This document shows positions 46,319-56,984 of a stretch of DNA of 64,000 nt, piece after piece (position 1 is the first letter of the stretch; each line of letters opens with the position of its first letter). The notes beneath the pieces were generated by a model. The model was not told the origin of the DNA. It made no database searches and saw only the letters and a program-made list of their open reading frames with translations. The position numbers and the translations under genes are program-made. Location: assembly GCA_000004985.1 (NCBI GenBank), contig GG738861.1; one strand, written 5' to 3'. Origin of the DNA: Naegleria gruberi. Its lineage: Eukaryota.

Positions 46319-46703
46319 ATTCATCTTTTCGTACAGGTCTCAATATTTCTTCCTCTAAATAATATCCATCCAAAGAAATCAAATCATCAAAAACATTAGT
46401 TTCAGCAACAATAACTCCCTTCCCTTCAGGTAGAAATTCAATATATTCCAACCAATTAATGAAACCATAACCATAAATTCTGCAAGGTTCCATATGATAA
46501 TTACTTGGCCCACTATAATTTTCAATTTGATCACAACATGTGACAATGTCAATATCATTCAACCTATTTTTCCATTCAATATATGGTGTAGGTTGCTTTG
46601 CAACTCCAAATTCTAGTCTTTGAGAATCGATATACTTCTCCATCTCTAAACTTGTTGGTGGTTTCTGATATTTCAATAGTTCTGATCTGATTCTACAATC
46701 CAT
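46299..46703 (-). CDS. Hypothetical small protein, 134 aa
   Basis: ORF with ATG. Its 3' end overlaps the last 20 nt of the convergent A-T-R gene. No motif I recognise (…EPCRIYGYGFINWLEYIEFLPEGKGVIVAE…). Confidence 0.35.
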   Translation of the reverse strand: MDCRIRSELLKYQKPPTSLEMEKYIDSQRLEFGVAKQPTPYIEWKNRLNDIDIVTCCDQIENYSGPSNYHMEPCRIYGYGFINWLEYIEFLPEGKGVIVAETNVFDDLISLDGYYLEEEILRPVRKDEFILVEE

Positions 46704-47158
46704 TCTTCCTCTTCACTCCCCTAGTGTAATCCTCCCACGCTTTCGACACACATCTCAATGCTCATAGATTCATACAAATTGAAAATATTATCGGGATTTC
46801 TATCATAATAGCCAAAGAGGAGAGTTCCATTCAATGCCTTTCCTAATTCTTCCATTGTTAAATATACTCGCCCAGTTCGTCTTGATAGTGAACTTGGATC
46901 AAACGGTTAGACTGTCAACCTTCATCACTGAACTTGTCTACCTTAAACACTGCTCCGAAATATTACTTTAGCTCCTTAATTCGATTTATAATACAAAATT
47001 GTTAAATTGAAAATTAATCCAATTAGGGTAATTCCAAAGTTTCACCATCAAAAAAAAATTTGAAAAACGTTAAAAAAATTATTTTCACAACTCGTGAGGA
47101 GTATCATCAAGTGTTGTTGTTAATAATTATCATCATTATATCGGAATAATTCATCATC

Positions 47159-48748
47159 ATGAAGAGAAAAATTGAAAAAAATCAAGCCATGAAGAGAAAA
47201 CAACAAAAGAAAGCCAAGGCTGTTCCAAAAAGAACAGCAGAAGAAGAAAAAGCCTATCAAGAATATTTGCAAAATTTAAATCTGATGGACCACTTGAATG
47301 CAGAGTATAGTAGTGAGGAAGGTGTTCAAAAGGCTAAAAAGACCTTTGGAGAAAACAAGCCATTCCCATACTTGCATTTGAAGAACTTTTTCAAGGATTT
47401 GGAATTTGTAAAGGATGTCAAGCAAGAAACTCTTGCACTTAAATATTGGGAAAAGAACAATGATTTGTATCACTTTTTACAAACTAAAGATCTTCAAAAG
47501 AATGCCATTGTTGAAGAGAATGAACATTTACGTAAATTGAGAGATGTTTTATATAGTCCAAGTTTTAGAGGATGGTTGGAAGAAGTTTGCAGTCTTAAGG
47601 AACGTGGAATTAAATTGAATCCATCCATTGATATGTTTGTTTCATGTTATCGTGATACACATCACTTGTTGTGTCATGATGACGAATTGGAAAAACGTAG
47701 AATTGCTTATATTATTTATCTAGTTCCAGAAGATTGGTCCGAAGCTGATGGTGGACATCTTGATTTGTATAATTGTGATCCAAAACAAATGGATCAACCA
47801 GTTAGTATTGGTGGTTCAGTTCTTCCATCATTTAACAGTATTTCCTTCTTTGAAGTTTCTACAATTTCCTATCACAGAGTTCGTGAAGTTTTACGTGCTA
47901 TTGATATGGAGGAAGATCGTATTGCTATTACTGGTTGGCTGTATAGTGATACTCTTGTTGAAAGACCTGATTATACTATTGAAGATATTGCTCCACTTAC
48001 ATATGAAGAAGTTTCAACTGTTGAAACACCTGCTGCTCATTTGGATGTTGCATATTGGTTAGGTGAATCATATGTTAAGGAAGATATCAGAAAGGCTGTT
48101 AATGAACAATTTTGTAATGAATCATCTATTGAATTGAGATCATTCTTGAGCGCTCAAAAATTCGATACTTTATACGAAGAATTCAAATCATTGAAGGAAG
48201 ACCAATTCGATTTTACAATTCCAGCCAATAGAAGACACTTTTTGAGATTGAATTCTGAAAAATTGGAAAAGAGCTCTGAATTGAGCAAGTTTTATGAATT
48301 TGCCAAATCTCAAGTTTTCGTTGATTATTTGAAGGAAATTACCTCACTTCCAATTAAGAAGATTAATCTTCAAGGAAGAAGATTCAGACCTGGTGATTAT
48401 GCTCTTGTTCAAAATACTCCAGTTGACGAAGTTCGTTTGGATGTCTTGTTTAGATTGTGTCCAAAGGATTGGGACTTTGATTTTGGTGCAGGTGTAACGT
48501 ATATGGATGAAGAAGAAGAACTCTTGTCCATCCTTCCAGAACCTAATACCATCTCGATTGTTTTGAGAGATACTGGTGTTCAAACATTTGTCAAGTATGT
48601 GACACATCATGCTCCAGGTGATGTTTATGACTTTTTACTCACTTGTGAAACTGAAATTCCAGAAGGAAGTGAAGGTGACTGGGATGATGATGAAGAGGGT
48701 GAAGAAGGCGAAGAAGAAGGTGCTGAAGAAGCAGAAGAAGAGGAATAA
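47159..48748 (+). CDS. OGFOD1: OGFOD1/Tpa1/Ofd1-type 2-oxoglutarate-Fe(II) prolyl hydroxylase, single exon, 529 aa
   Basis: Double-stranded beta-helix iron-site region CYRDTHHLLCHDDELEKRRIAYIIYL (H-x-D...RR.A.I.YL), as in OGFOD1/Tpa1. Second degenerate DSBH domain downstream. Acidic Glu/Asp tail. Basic KR-rich N-terminus. Confidence 0.7.
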   Translation: MKRKIEKNQAMKRKQQKKAKAVPKRTAEEEKAYQEYLQNLNLMDHLNAEYSSEEGVQKAKKTFGENKPFPYLHLKNFFKDLEFVKDVKQETLALKYWEKNNDLYHFLQTKDLQKNAIVEENEHLRKLRDVLYSPSFRGWLEEVCSLKERGIKLNPSIDMFVSCYRDTHHLLCHDDELEKRRIAYIIYLVPEDWSEADGGHLDLYNCDPKQMDQPVSIGGSVLPSFNSISFFEVSTISYHRVREVLRAIDMEEDRIAITGWLYSDTLVERPDYTIEDIAPLTYEEVSTVETPAAHLDVAYWLGESYVKEDIRKAVNEQFCNESSIELRSFLSAQKFDTLYEEFKSLKEDQFDFTIPANRRHFLRLNSEKLEKSSELSKFYEFAKSQVFVDYLKEITSLPIKKINLQGRRFRPGDYALVQNTPVDEVRLDVLFRLCPKDWDFDFGAGVTYMDEEEELLSILPEPNTISIVLRDTGVQTFVKYVTHHAPGDVYDFLLTCETEIPEGSEGDWDDDEEGEEGEEEGAEEAEEEE

Positions 48749-48968
48749 ATTATTTAACTTTAAATTGACCTACAGTATTTTAATCTTACAAATAATTTGT
48801 TTTATTGAATTAATTACTGGCTCTTCAAATGTATGGTGGAAGATTTGCAGTTTAAAAAACAGATGGAATCTATTGATAAAGTTAAGGAATGTTAACAAAT
48901 TCTGAATGAAATTTGATAATTGTAATTTCTTGAAAGTTTAATCTTTACAATTTCAATTATTTAAAAAA

Positions 48969-49370
48969 ATGTCTAAAAAGCCATCAGCAACAACAACTAC
49001 AGAATCAAGTACAGATTATGAAATACGAAGACCTAAACACGATATCAAATGGTACATTTCCTACTATCGATTCAAATCGAAACAATTCCTCACCAATCAC
49101 TGGAAGAAAATTCTCATCCTCTTATCGTGGCTCGGAATTGGTTATTTATCACATCAATATGAATTCATGATCGTCTTTGCCATATTTACAACTATTGGAT
49201 TAATATTCTACAATTTGGATTGGCGAGAAAAGAGCAAGGAAGAACGAGAACGTACTCTATCAGCCTGGAGTGTTTTCAATAAGGGTTTCAAATCAATTCC
49301 GGGAACATTTACTGCTGAAGAACAAATTAATACCATGACTGGTGGAGCACTCAATCATAGACGACATTAA
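48969..49370 (+). CDS. SAYSvFN-domain membrane protein, 133 aa
   Basis: Two predicted TM helices followed by RTLSAWSVFNKGF, matching the SAYSVFN signature of that small conserved family. Confidence 0.55.
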   Translation: MSKKPSATTTTESSTDYEIRRPKHDIKWYISYYRFKSKQFLTNHWKKILILLSWLGIGYLSHQYEFMIVFAIFTTIGLIFYNLDWREKSKEERERTLSAWSVFNKGFKSIPGTFTAEEQINTMTGGALNHRRH

Positions 49371-49526
49371 TATATTTGATTATAATTATTTAAATTATTC
49401 AAATTAATTAATAATTAATTCTTTGTAAAAAACCTGAGTAACATCATCGGATCAAAAAACACGTTTTTCTTCATCTAATTATAAAAAAATACGACAACAT
49501 CAAAGTATCTAGATAATCATTACACG

Positions 49527-50228
49527 ATGGAAACTGCAAATCTCTTTCAAACACTAACAAATTTTGCTCCTCTCTCTAGAGAAGTTAAACAACATTTAAC
49601 TGATGTATATACAATCTTGGCTGGTTTAGTTGCTGTTGCAGCATTCGGATGTTGGTTCCAAATTAATTATGATATCAGTGCATCATTTGCTGGAATTATG
49701 ATTCCAGTGTTTGCTTTATTGTTAACCTTCTCACAACCACAATTTGGTGTATCTGTGTTTAAACAATATTATAGATTGGGACTTTTGGTAACTCTTGGTC
49801 TTATGCAAGGAATTGCTACTGGACCTGTAGTCAATTATGCTTTGGATTTGAACGAAACAGTTGTTTTACAAGCTTTCGTATTAACATGTGTTATCTTTGG
49901 ATGTTTTACAGTTGCTGCCATGATGAATGAGCGTAGAGATTATTTATATCTTTCTGGATTCATTTCTTCATTGAGTTTAATCTTGCTCTTCAATTCATTG
50001 TTCAGATTTTCTTTCAATTTGACTTTATATGGAGGTTTAATTTTATTTGTATTGTACATTCTCTATGATACTCAAATGATTATTAGAAAGGTTGAACTTG
50101 TTGGAGCCAAAAATTCAGATGCCATTTCTCACTCACTCGAATTATTTATTGACTTTGCTCAATTATTTATCAGAATTTTGGTTTTATTATCAGACAAGGA
50201 AGAAAATAAGAAAAAGAAGAAGAATTAA
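49527..50228 (+). CDS. TMBIM6: Bax inhibitor-1 (TMBIM6), single exon, 233 aa
   Basis: Seven hydrophobic segments. LYGGLILFVLYILYDTQMIIRKVELVGAKNSDAISHSLELFIDFAQLFIRIL matches BI-1 ([42 protein letters not shown]). Lys-rich EENKKKKKN tail as in BI-1. Confidence 0.8.
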   Translation: METANLFQTLTNFAPLSREVKQHLTDVYTILAGLVAVAAFGCWFQINYDISASFAGIMIPVFALLLTFSQPQFGVSVFKQYYRLGLLVTLGLMQGIATGPVVNYALDLNETVVLQAFVLTCVIFGCFTVAAMMNERRDYLYLSGFISSLSLILLFNSLFRFSFNLTLYGGLILFVLYILYDTQMIIRKVELVGAKNSDAISHSLELFIDFAQLFIRILVLLSDKEENKKKKKN

Positions 50229-50366
50229 TAAATTAATGTAAATACTTATTGCAAAAAAAAAAGAATGCAAGAGAATGTTCTTTATTAACGCATGTTGTCG
50301 AATATGTTTGCCAGTCTATATATCCGTTTGCCATCTTAATCGATAAGATTGGTCGCATAGAGATTA

Positions 50367-52298
50367 CTACAACACTTTACAGCCAACACGATAAACATCC
50401 CAACCGTCACTTTCAACCGAATCAATTATTCCATAAACTTGTTCAGAATTACCTCGGTTTTTAATATAATCCATAACACTTTGTTTCAATAAAAATCTTA
50501 TGGAAGGTGTATCCTTGAGAGAGTTTCTTGTATTTAGCACAAACTCATCTCCCATCTTATTGAATACACACTTCAATCCAATCAAATCATTCACTCTGTT
50601 AATCTTGTTGAGTGCTATTTGATTTTCAGGGTAAAACACTTGATTAGATTTCTTAATAGTTGTAGGTTTGAATATTGTAGTTACTGTTGTAATAGAAGTA
50701 TTAACCTCCAACCCAAATAAATCTCCAAATATTTGACAGCAGATATGTCCACTGATAGCAATATATTCTTGAGGAGTCCAATATGAGAATGTAAAATAAA
50801 TATGTATAGTATTGTTAACCTGTCCAATTGGTGCTCTCAAGAAAAGCTCTACATTTTTGTTTTCTTCCTTTCTTAACTCTATATCAATTGGAATATATGA
50901 TGAATTGGATGAATCTTTCATTCTCAAGGGAAGGGTCAAAATACTACCACGTAACTTTACCTTAATGGTTTTTTCGTAATTGACTAGTTTAAGAAAATCT
51001 GCTCTATAGCCATTATCAATATCACTATTATCACTCAACCATTCTTCATAAAGTACTGGGTATGACTCCTTGTAGAGAGGATTATAGTCGTGTGGAGTAG
51101 TGAAAGAAAATTCTTCAGAATCAATTTCGAATTCAATAGTATCTCCTGAAATATTGTGGTTAATATCAATTTCCTTTAAATTTCCGAAATTATTAATTAT
51201 AAAGTGAGAGGTCTTGTCTGTACTCTTCTTATATAACTCGTAGAATTCCTCTAATTTGATTTTACAGGCATGATTATACTTTTTACCATTCATATGTTTG
51301 GAAAAGTTTGTGGAATCCAAGTTGTGTGTTTTACAGAACTGATTTTGAGACTTGCCTAATCCCAACCAGGCAACATTGAACAATTCTTTTAGATGTTCAC
51401 TTGTGGGTTTTTCAACAATTTTAGTAACTGAAACACCTGATATTTTAGCATTAGTAACTTTTTGTTCAACAACAATTTCAATTACTTCATTGTTATCAAT
51501 CCTGTTTAAAATATTAACACAATCTCTAATTGATTTAGCAGGGTAACAAGATCTTCCAATAAGGAGACATTGCTTACTCAATTCCTCAAAGAAGTGATCT
51601 TTAGTTACCACAACAAAACTATGATTGACAGTTGGGTAAAAGGCACGTAATGACGAGTGTAAAGATCCTAACAGCAGCGATATGCAAGTATCAGCTGCAT
51701 CTTTGGTGTTAGTGATGGAGTGCATTATTGAAATGAATTCTTTTGTTTCATAACTCATGATTGCATCATTCACAACACCATTAGCAAAGACAATTACTAC
51801 ATGCAGTAAATTTTTCTTTTTTTCATAATGCTCTATCAATTCAGGTAGACTCAAGTCATTTGACAGATTGTCTCCATCAATAAACACAATGGCTTTTCTA
51901 TGAATTTGTTTGGCATCATCTATAATTTTCTTTCTGATTTCTTCCCAATTTTTTGCAATATGATAATCATACAAGAATCTAGCATAATCTTTCGACTTGA
52001 TTTCCCATTGTAATTTTTCCCATGCATACAGTTTCAGGAGGGCAAATCGAGCAGTAACGTACTTTTCACTTCTTTGCAAAAAATTAGAGAACAAATCCAA
52101 TTTAAAGCCTTGGAGCTTAGCGAAAGAAATTCTGTCCTCTTCCGTAGTAAATCGGCTACAAAAATATTGTATCAGCGTTTCCGATGATGCTTCTTGTAAT
52201 AAAGTCTTTTGTTCTGATGAGAGAAGTGTTCCCACCACGGAAGTGGAGCTATTTTTACTGTTTTTATGGGTACCCAGCATTGATAGGTTGCGTCGCAA
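50367..52298 (-). CDS. NYN (PIN-like) domain protein, putative RNA-binding or RNase, 643 aa
   Basis: KAIVFIDGDNLSND...LLHVVIVFANG...ITNTKDAADTCISLLLGSLH resembles the NYN fold of limkain/MARF1-type proteins (VF.D.EN ... G.KNAAD.AL..D). No identity for the rest. Confidence 0.45.
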   Translation of the reverse strand: MRRNLSMLGTHKNSKNSSTSVVGTLLSSEQKTLLQEASSETLIQYFCSRFTTEEDRISFAKLQGFKLDLFSNFLQRSEKYVTARFALLKLYAWEKLQWEIKSKDYARFLYDYHIAKNWEEIRKKIIDDAKQIHRKAIVFIDGDNLSNDLSLPELIEHYEKKKNLLHVVIVFANGVVNDAIMSYETKEFISIMHSITNTKDAADTCISLLLGSLHSSLRAFYPTVNHSFVVVTKDHFFEELSKQCLLIGRSCYPAKSIRDCVNILNRIDNNEVIEIVVEQKVTNAKISGVSVTKIVEKPTSEHLKELFNVAWLGLGKSQNQFCKTHNLDSTNFSKHMNGKKYNHACKIKLEEFYELYKKSTDKTSHFIINNFGNLKEIDINHNISGDTIEFEIDSEEFSFTTPHDYNPLYKESYPVLYEEWLSDNSDIDNGYRADFLKLVNYEKTIKVKLRGSILTLPLRMKDSSNSSYIPIDIELRKEENKNVELFLRAPIGQVNNTIHIYFTFSYWTPQEYIAISGHICCQIFGDLFGLEVNTSITTVTTIFKPTTIKKSNQVFYPENQIALNKINRVNDLIGLKCVFNKMGDEFVLNTRNSLKDTPSIRFLLKQSVMDYIKNRGNSEQVYGIIDSVESDGWDVYRVGCKVL

Positions 52299-52516
52299 TT
52301 GGATATTTTTTATGAGGTCAAAATCACGTTTGGAATTTAATAATAATTAATTAAATATTCATTGTTAATTTTATTCGAAAACGTGCTTTATATATCATGA
52401 ACACGTGTTCATGCATCACCAGGTTTTACAGTGTTTTTTTTTAATTTCAACAATTCCATTCGTAACACTCACGTTGTGGACTTGCAATCACGTTTCTAAT
52501 GAGAAAATTATTTGGC

Positions 52517-55030
52517 TTAGCCATCAAGTGGCGTGTGAAGCTTTATTCTCGGAGTATTTGCTACTTCCTGGTCAATCTTTGTTTCAATTTCAGCTCTCTT
52601 AACGTGCATTTGTTTCGATGGTCTGTATGCCATCTTGTGACATTTGTGAGTAATGGCATTTGGATTTGGAATTAGCTTGAAAATTTCCTCAACCTTTTCA
52701 GTGTTTTTGACAAATGAATAGGCAAGAAGTAAACAATTCCATTCGTCTATTCCTGGAGTTGCAGGTGTTCCATGCACTGCAAATGTTTGTGGGAATCTGT
52801 CGAAGAGTTGTTGCACCTTTTCATGGAGTCCCTTAAAAGCGCAAACATTCATAATACTGACATAGAGCTTTCTACTACAGTCCTTTCCGTCCTTATATTT
52901 CTCAATAACTTGGTCAAAGTATTCCAACATTTTCCCAATTGCGTTCTGATCAGCATAACATCTAATCATGATGGCATGAGTCATTGCATTTGGTTTGTTT
53001 TCTGGTCTAATCATTTTACTGAATAAAGCTTCAACATTGGAGAACATCTTCTTTCTCAAATAGCCCAGCATGAGAGTGTTATAGTTTACTGTAACTGGCT
53101 TGTCAATGCAATTGAAAATTTGATTCATTCTCGTAACTCTTGGAGGAGTTTTGGTCATTTCAGCGTTATTCAAGAATGCCATCAAATATTGGTTATAGTC
53201 GAGTGGGGAAATTGTTTGTTTCACATTCTTTGGATTGCTCTTTTCAAAGTCAGCAAGAGCTTCAAAATATTGTTTAGATTTTGCAATATTTCCTGAGGTG
53301 GCATATGCCTTAATAAGACAAGCAAAATGGCATCTATCCAAATGTTCTTTTGGTATTTGTGAAAGTGCTTCTTCCATAGAAGGATAATCCTTTGAAAGAA
53401 GATACTGTTCCATGGTACGAAGGTGTTGATAGGATTCCTTTGCAACATACTTGAGTTTGATTGATCTAATAAGATTACTATCTCTCAAAAATTGAATGGA
53501 TGAAAGAGTAGATGGGGAAAAGACTGTTGACTCCTTATATTTCTTATTAACTTCTGCAATGACTTCATCTAACAATGTATATTCTTTGGTTTGAATATAT
53601 GTATTGACAATGATTTCATATGTTGTCTTGGATAGAACATGCATTTCTCTAGCAGTTGCATAGACAGCCTTCACTGTATTGTAACGTTTGGCTCTGAGGT
53701 AAATTCCCATCAAGGTGTTATAATTTTCAATGGATGGTTCATCGATGATTTTAAAGATTTCTTTGGCCTTTTCCATTTCTCCCTTCTTTTCAAACATTTC
53801 CATGAGAATATTCCAGCTTTCTTCGTCAGGTTTTGGAATGTATTTGAACATGGAGTGAATTTCGTCATATCTACCCTGTTCCAAATATACTTCCAGCATT
53901 ATATTGAACGAGGATGTATTCTTGTGTGGAATTTCTTGGAATAATTTTTCAACTCTATCAAATACTTTTTGTCTTGCAAATATACTCATTAGAATATTAT
54001 AGTGGAAAGTATTTGGGAATTCAATAGAATAAAAGTACCTCTCAACTGGTTCCAAATTTGAACCACTTTCTTCTGCTAATTTTCTCAACTTGACTGAATG
54101 CTTTTTCAATACATTCAAATCAAACATTCTTTCAAAAATGTGTGGATCGCTAGAATCGTGTTTGATTTCTTCTTCTTCTTCCTCTTGTTCGTCTTGTTTA
54201 ACAATTTCTTCATTTAAATCTTCCTCGAAATTTACTATCTTTTCCATTTCTGGAGCAGCTGATTCCAACCCACTGGAGTAAAGTGATTGTGTCTTACTTT
54301 GAGCTTGTTTGAATTTTTTCTTGACAATTTCATCTGCTGGTTCACGTCTAGATAAGAGATCCAATAAATCATCTTCCTCTCTTTCTTTTATAACTTCATT
54401 ATCTTCTTTAATTTTCACTCTGGTAATATCATTAATTTCTCTATCAGAAAATATCCTTGAAGGTTCTTTTGGTTTGACAATACCTGCCACAGATTTTTCT
54501 CTTGCAACAAAACCAGTTAATTTTGACAGGGCTCCACCTCCGAATAAAGAACTGGCTTGCTTCTTTGCCTTTAAAGATTTCACACTTGAAGTAGAACCAG
54601 AGAAGGTTGTATTCAATTCATGTTCAAAAGAACTTTCAGAGTCCATTTCTTCCAATTGTTTTTTAGAAAAGCTCTTTGGCATATTGTTGAGAGCATGTTG
54701 TTGTTTTTGAACCTCCAACGGATCGGAAAATATGGCATTATCCATCAATTTTTGTTCTTTCAATTCTCTTCTTGATGCTTTTGGTTTTCCCGACGAGGAT
54801 TTTACCTTCTTACCAAGTGAGGCCATACTTGTATGAAAAGAATGATAATAACTAATATTGTTTTTATAAAATTGATGTGTTGTTGTTGTACTGCCACTCC
54901 TCTTCTTGAGAGCTGTTGTTGTTGCTGACTCTGCAACCTTCTTCGATAAAGCCTTGTTGAATAATAAACAAGTTGACGATGATGATGAGAATGTGTTCAT
55001 TTTTTTTTCAAATAGGAACGAACACAACAA
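52517..55030 (-). CDS. Pentatricopeptide-repeat (PPR) protein, probably organellar RNA-binding, 837 aa
   Basis: Many 35-aa helical repeats with the PPR signature (YNILMSIFARQKVFDRVEKLF, SWNILMEMFEKKGEMEKAKEIF, NYNTLMGIYLRAKRY, NYNTLMLGYLRKKMFSNVEALF, THAIMIRCYADQ). Ser/Lys-rich N-terminus could be a presequence. Confidence 0.65.
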   Translation of the reverse strand: MLCSFLFEKKMNTFSSSSSTCLLFNKALSKKVAESATTTALKKRSGSTTTTHQFYKNNISYYHSFHTSMASLGKKVKSSSGKPKASRRELKEQKLMDNAIFSDPLEVQKQQHALNNMPKSFSKKQLEEMDSESSFEHELNTTFSGSTSSVKSLKAKKQASSLFGGGALSKLTGFVAREKSVAGIVKPKEPSRIFSDREINDITRVKIKEDNEVIKEREEDDLLDLLSRREPADEIVKKKFKQAQSKTQSLYSSGLESAAPEMEKIVNFEEDLNEEIVKQDEQEEEEEEIKHDSSDPHIFERMFDLNVLKKHSVKLRKLAEESGSNLEPVERYFYSIEFPNTFHYNILMSIFARQKVFDRVEKLFQEIPHKNTSSFNIMLEVYLEQGRYDEIHSMFKYIPKPDEESWNILMEMFEKKGEMEKAKEIFKIIDEPSIENYNTLMGIYLRAKRYNTVKAVYATAREMHVLSKTTYEIIVNTYIQTKEYTLLDEVIAEVNKKYKESTVFSPSTLSSIQFLRDSNLIRSIKLKYVAKESYQHLRTMEQYLLSKDYPSMEEALSQIPKEHLDRCHFACLIKAYATSGNIAKSKQYFEALADFEKSNPKNVKQTISPLDYNQYLMAFLNNAEMTKTPPRVTRMNQIFNCIDKPVTVNYNTLMLGYLRKKMFSNVEALFSKMIRPENKPNAMTHAIMIRCYADQNAIGKMLEYFDQVIEKYKDGKDCSRKLYVSIMNVCAFKGLHEKVQQLFDRFPQTFAVHGTPATPGIDEWNCLLLAYSFVKNTEKVEEIFKLIPNPNAITHKCHKMAYRPSKQMHVKRAEIETKIDQEVANTPRIKLHTPLDG

Positions 55031-55226
55031 TATTTTGATTGAAGTTTAATTTACTATTGATTTTGATTGTTATTAATATGATTTTATTCTTAAATTTTTT
55101 GTAGACAAATATTACATCGTAGTCGTGATGGATTGTTTTATATCATTTCGCAGTGATGGTTACCATCGATGATAAATAAATTATTTGGTTTGTGATGATA
55201 CAAAAAGTAGTGGGTAGAGCAAAATT

Positions 55227-55240
55227 GAAGGCGCCAAAAA
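55227..55240. promoter_or_regulatory. E2F-like element GAAGGCGCCAAAAA in the divergent PPR/GCN5 promoter, 32 nt upstream of the GCN5 ATG
   Basis: GGCGCC core. The 231-nt bidirectional intergenic region lies between the PPR start (55030, minus) and GCN5 start (55262, plus). Confidence 0.35.
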
Positions 55241-55261
55241 TATTTTTATTTTTAAAAAAAA

Positions 55262-56929
55262 ATGCCTCAGCTTGGTAAACGGAAGGCCAAGAAGGAAGAA
55301 ACTGATAGTAGTGGTTCGGATAGTGAAGATCAAGGAGGAGAGGAAATGACTTGTCTGGAAAATCCTCCAATTTCCGAGATTTTGTGGAATTTTTTAATTG
55401 TAAATTATGAGCAGACTGATATGAAGAAACAAGCAACAAATGTTTGCAAGATCATTTTAAAAACGTTAAAATCAGAAAAATTACCAAAACCCGAGGAAAA
55501 TGATGGAAAATATAAGGAAGTATATTCAAAGTACACAAAACTGGATCAGGAGGCTAAACTGAATATTGTTGACATTTTCGGAAGAAGTTTACTGGAGAAA
55601 CAATTTGATCACCTATTCCAAGTGATCACTAAGGAGTATATATTTAAAGATTTTAGTGCCGAGAGTATGTTTGAATTATTAAAGAAGGAAATTGATGATT
55701 CCACATCAATAATATTCAGACCTGATTTTGATGATCTGTACTCTGGTGTAGATCAATCAAAATCTGAAAAGCTTTCAAAACCTTCTAAAAAATCAGGAAA
55801 TAACAATAGAAAGCAAAACAATCAAACTGATGATGAAAGATGCTCCAGAGTTGTTATGGTCACAACTTCTACTCAAATATTGGGGCCTGATCTCGGTTCA
55901 TCTGCATCAGGTTCTTCAAATAAGGGAAATGAACAGACTGCTCTTCGTTTTGAAATCGTTTTCAATGATGGATCAGTTGATAGCTTGCAAAAACTATTGG
56001 CTGCCAAGAACATTTATGGTAAACAATTGCCAAAGATGCCTAAGGATTACATTGCCAGATTGGTTTTTGACAGAAGTCACAGAACCATTGTAGGTTTACA
56101 AAATGGACAAATTGTAGGTGGTATCAGTTTTAGACCATTCTTTCCACAAGGATTTTCTGAAATTGCTTTCTGTGCCATTACAGGTAACGAACAAGTTAAA
56201 GGTTATGGTACAAAACTTATGAACCATTTAAAGGACTATTGTCAAACGATTGGTTGTTATAGATTTTTAACATATGCGGACAACTTTGCCATTGGTTATT
56301 TCAAGAAACAAGGTTTTACAAAAGAAATTTCACTAGACGAAAAGAGATATAAGGGCTACATTAAGGATTACGATGGAGGTACACTCATGGAATGTGTGAT
56401 AAGAACAGACATTAATTATTTGGACGTACCAATTATGATTGTAAAACAAAAGCAAGCACTCCAACTAAAGCTGAAAGAAGTTTCCAACTCTGACAAGGTT
56501 TATCCAGGTATTAAATTATTTAAAAATGGTGGCAAGATAAATGGCCCAGAAGATGTGCCTGGCCTTCAAGAGATTGGTTATCAACAAGAAACCAGATCAA
56601 GAGATCACAAACTTCATGCTGCATTTGTGGAGGTGTTGGAAAAACTAAAACGACATGAACATTCTTGGCCATTCTTAGAGCCAGTTGATCCAGAAGAAGT
56701 TCCAGATTATTACGATGTTATCAAGTTACCAATTGATTTATCGACAATTGAACAACGTTTGAAAAAGGATTACTATCGTACTAAGGATATATTTGTAAGC
56801 GATGTCAGATTAATCTTTGAGAATTGCAGAACTTACAACTCTGAACAAACAGAATATTATTCTGCTGCTAACAAATTAGAGGAATACTTTAAAACAATTA
56901 TGAGCAAGATTTTACAACAGAAAAATTAA
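55262..56929 (+). CDS. GCN5: GCN5/KAT2 histone acetyltransferase with C-terminal bromodomain, single exon, 555 aa
   Basis: HAT core [29 protein letters not shown] (matches GCN5 [27 protein letters not shown]). YFKKQGF. Bromodomain [37 protein letters not shown]...[13 protein letters not shown]. Confidence 0.88.
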   Translation: [555 protein letters not shown]

Positions 56930-56984
56930 ATTATTACTATTTCATTAATTCTTTCGTATTTACATTTATTAAGTTTTCATCCAA

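Noticed and set aside
46704-46900. Possible upstream exon (MEELGKALNGTLLFGYYDRNPDNIF…) for the small gene at 46299..46703
   Set aside because: It terminates at an in-frame TAG 20 nt before the ATG with no usable GT donor. It is below the ORF-size cutoff and unsupported.
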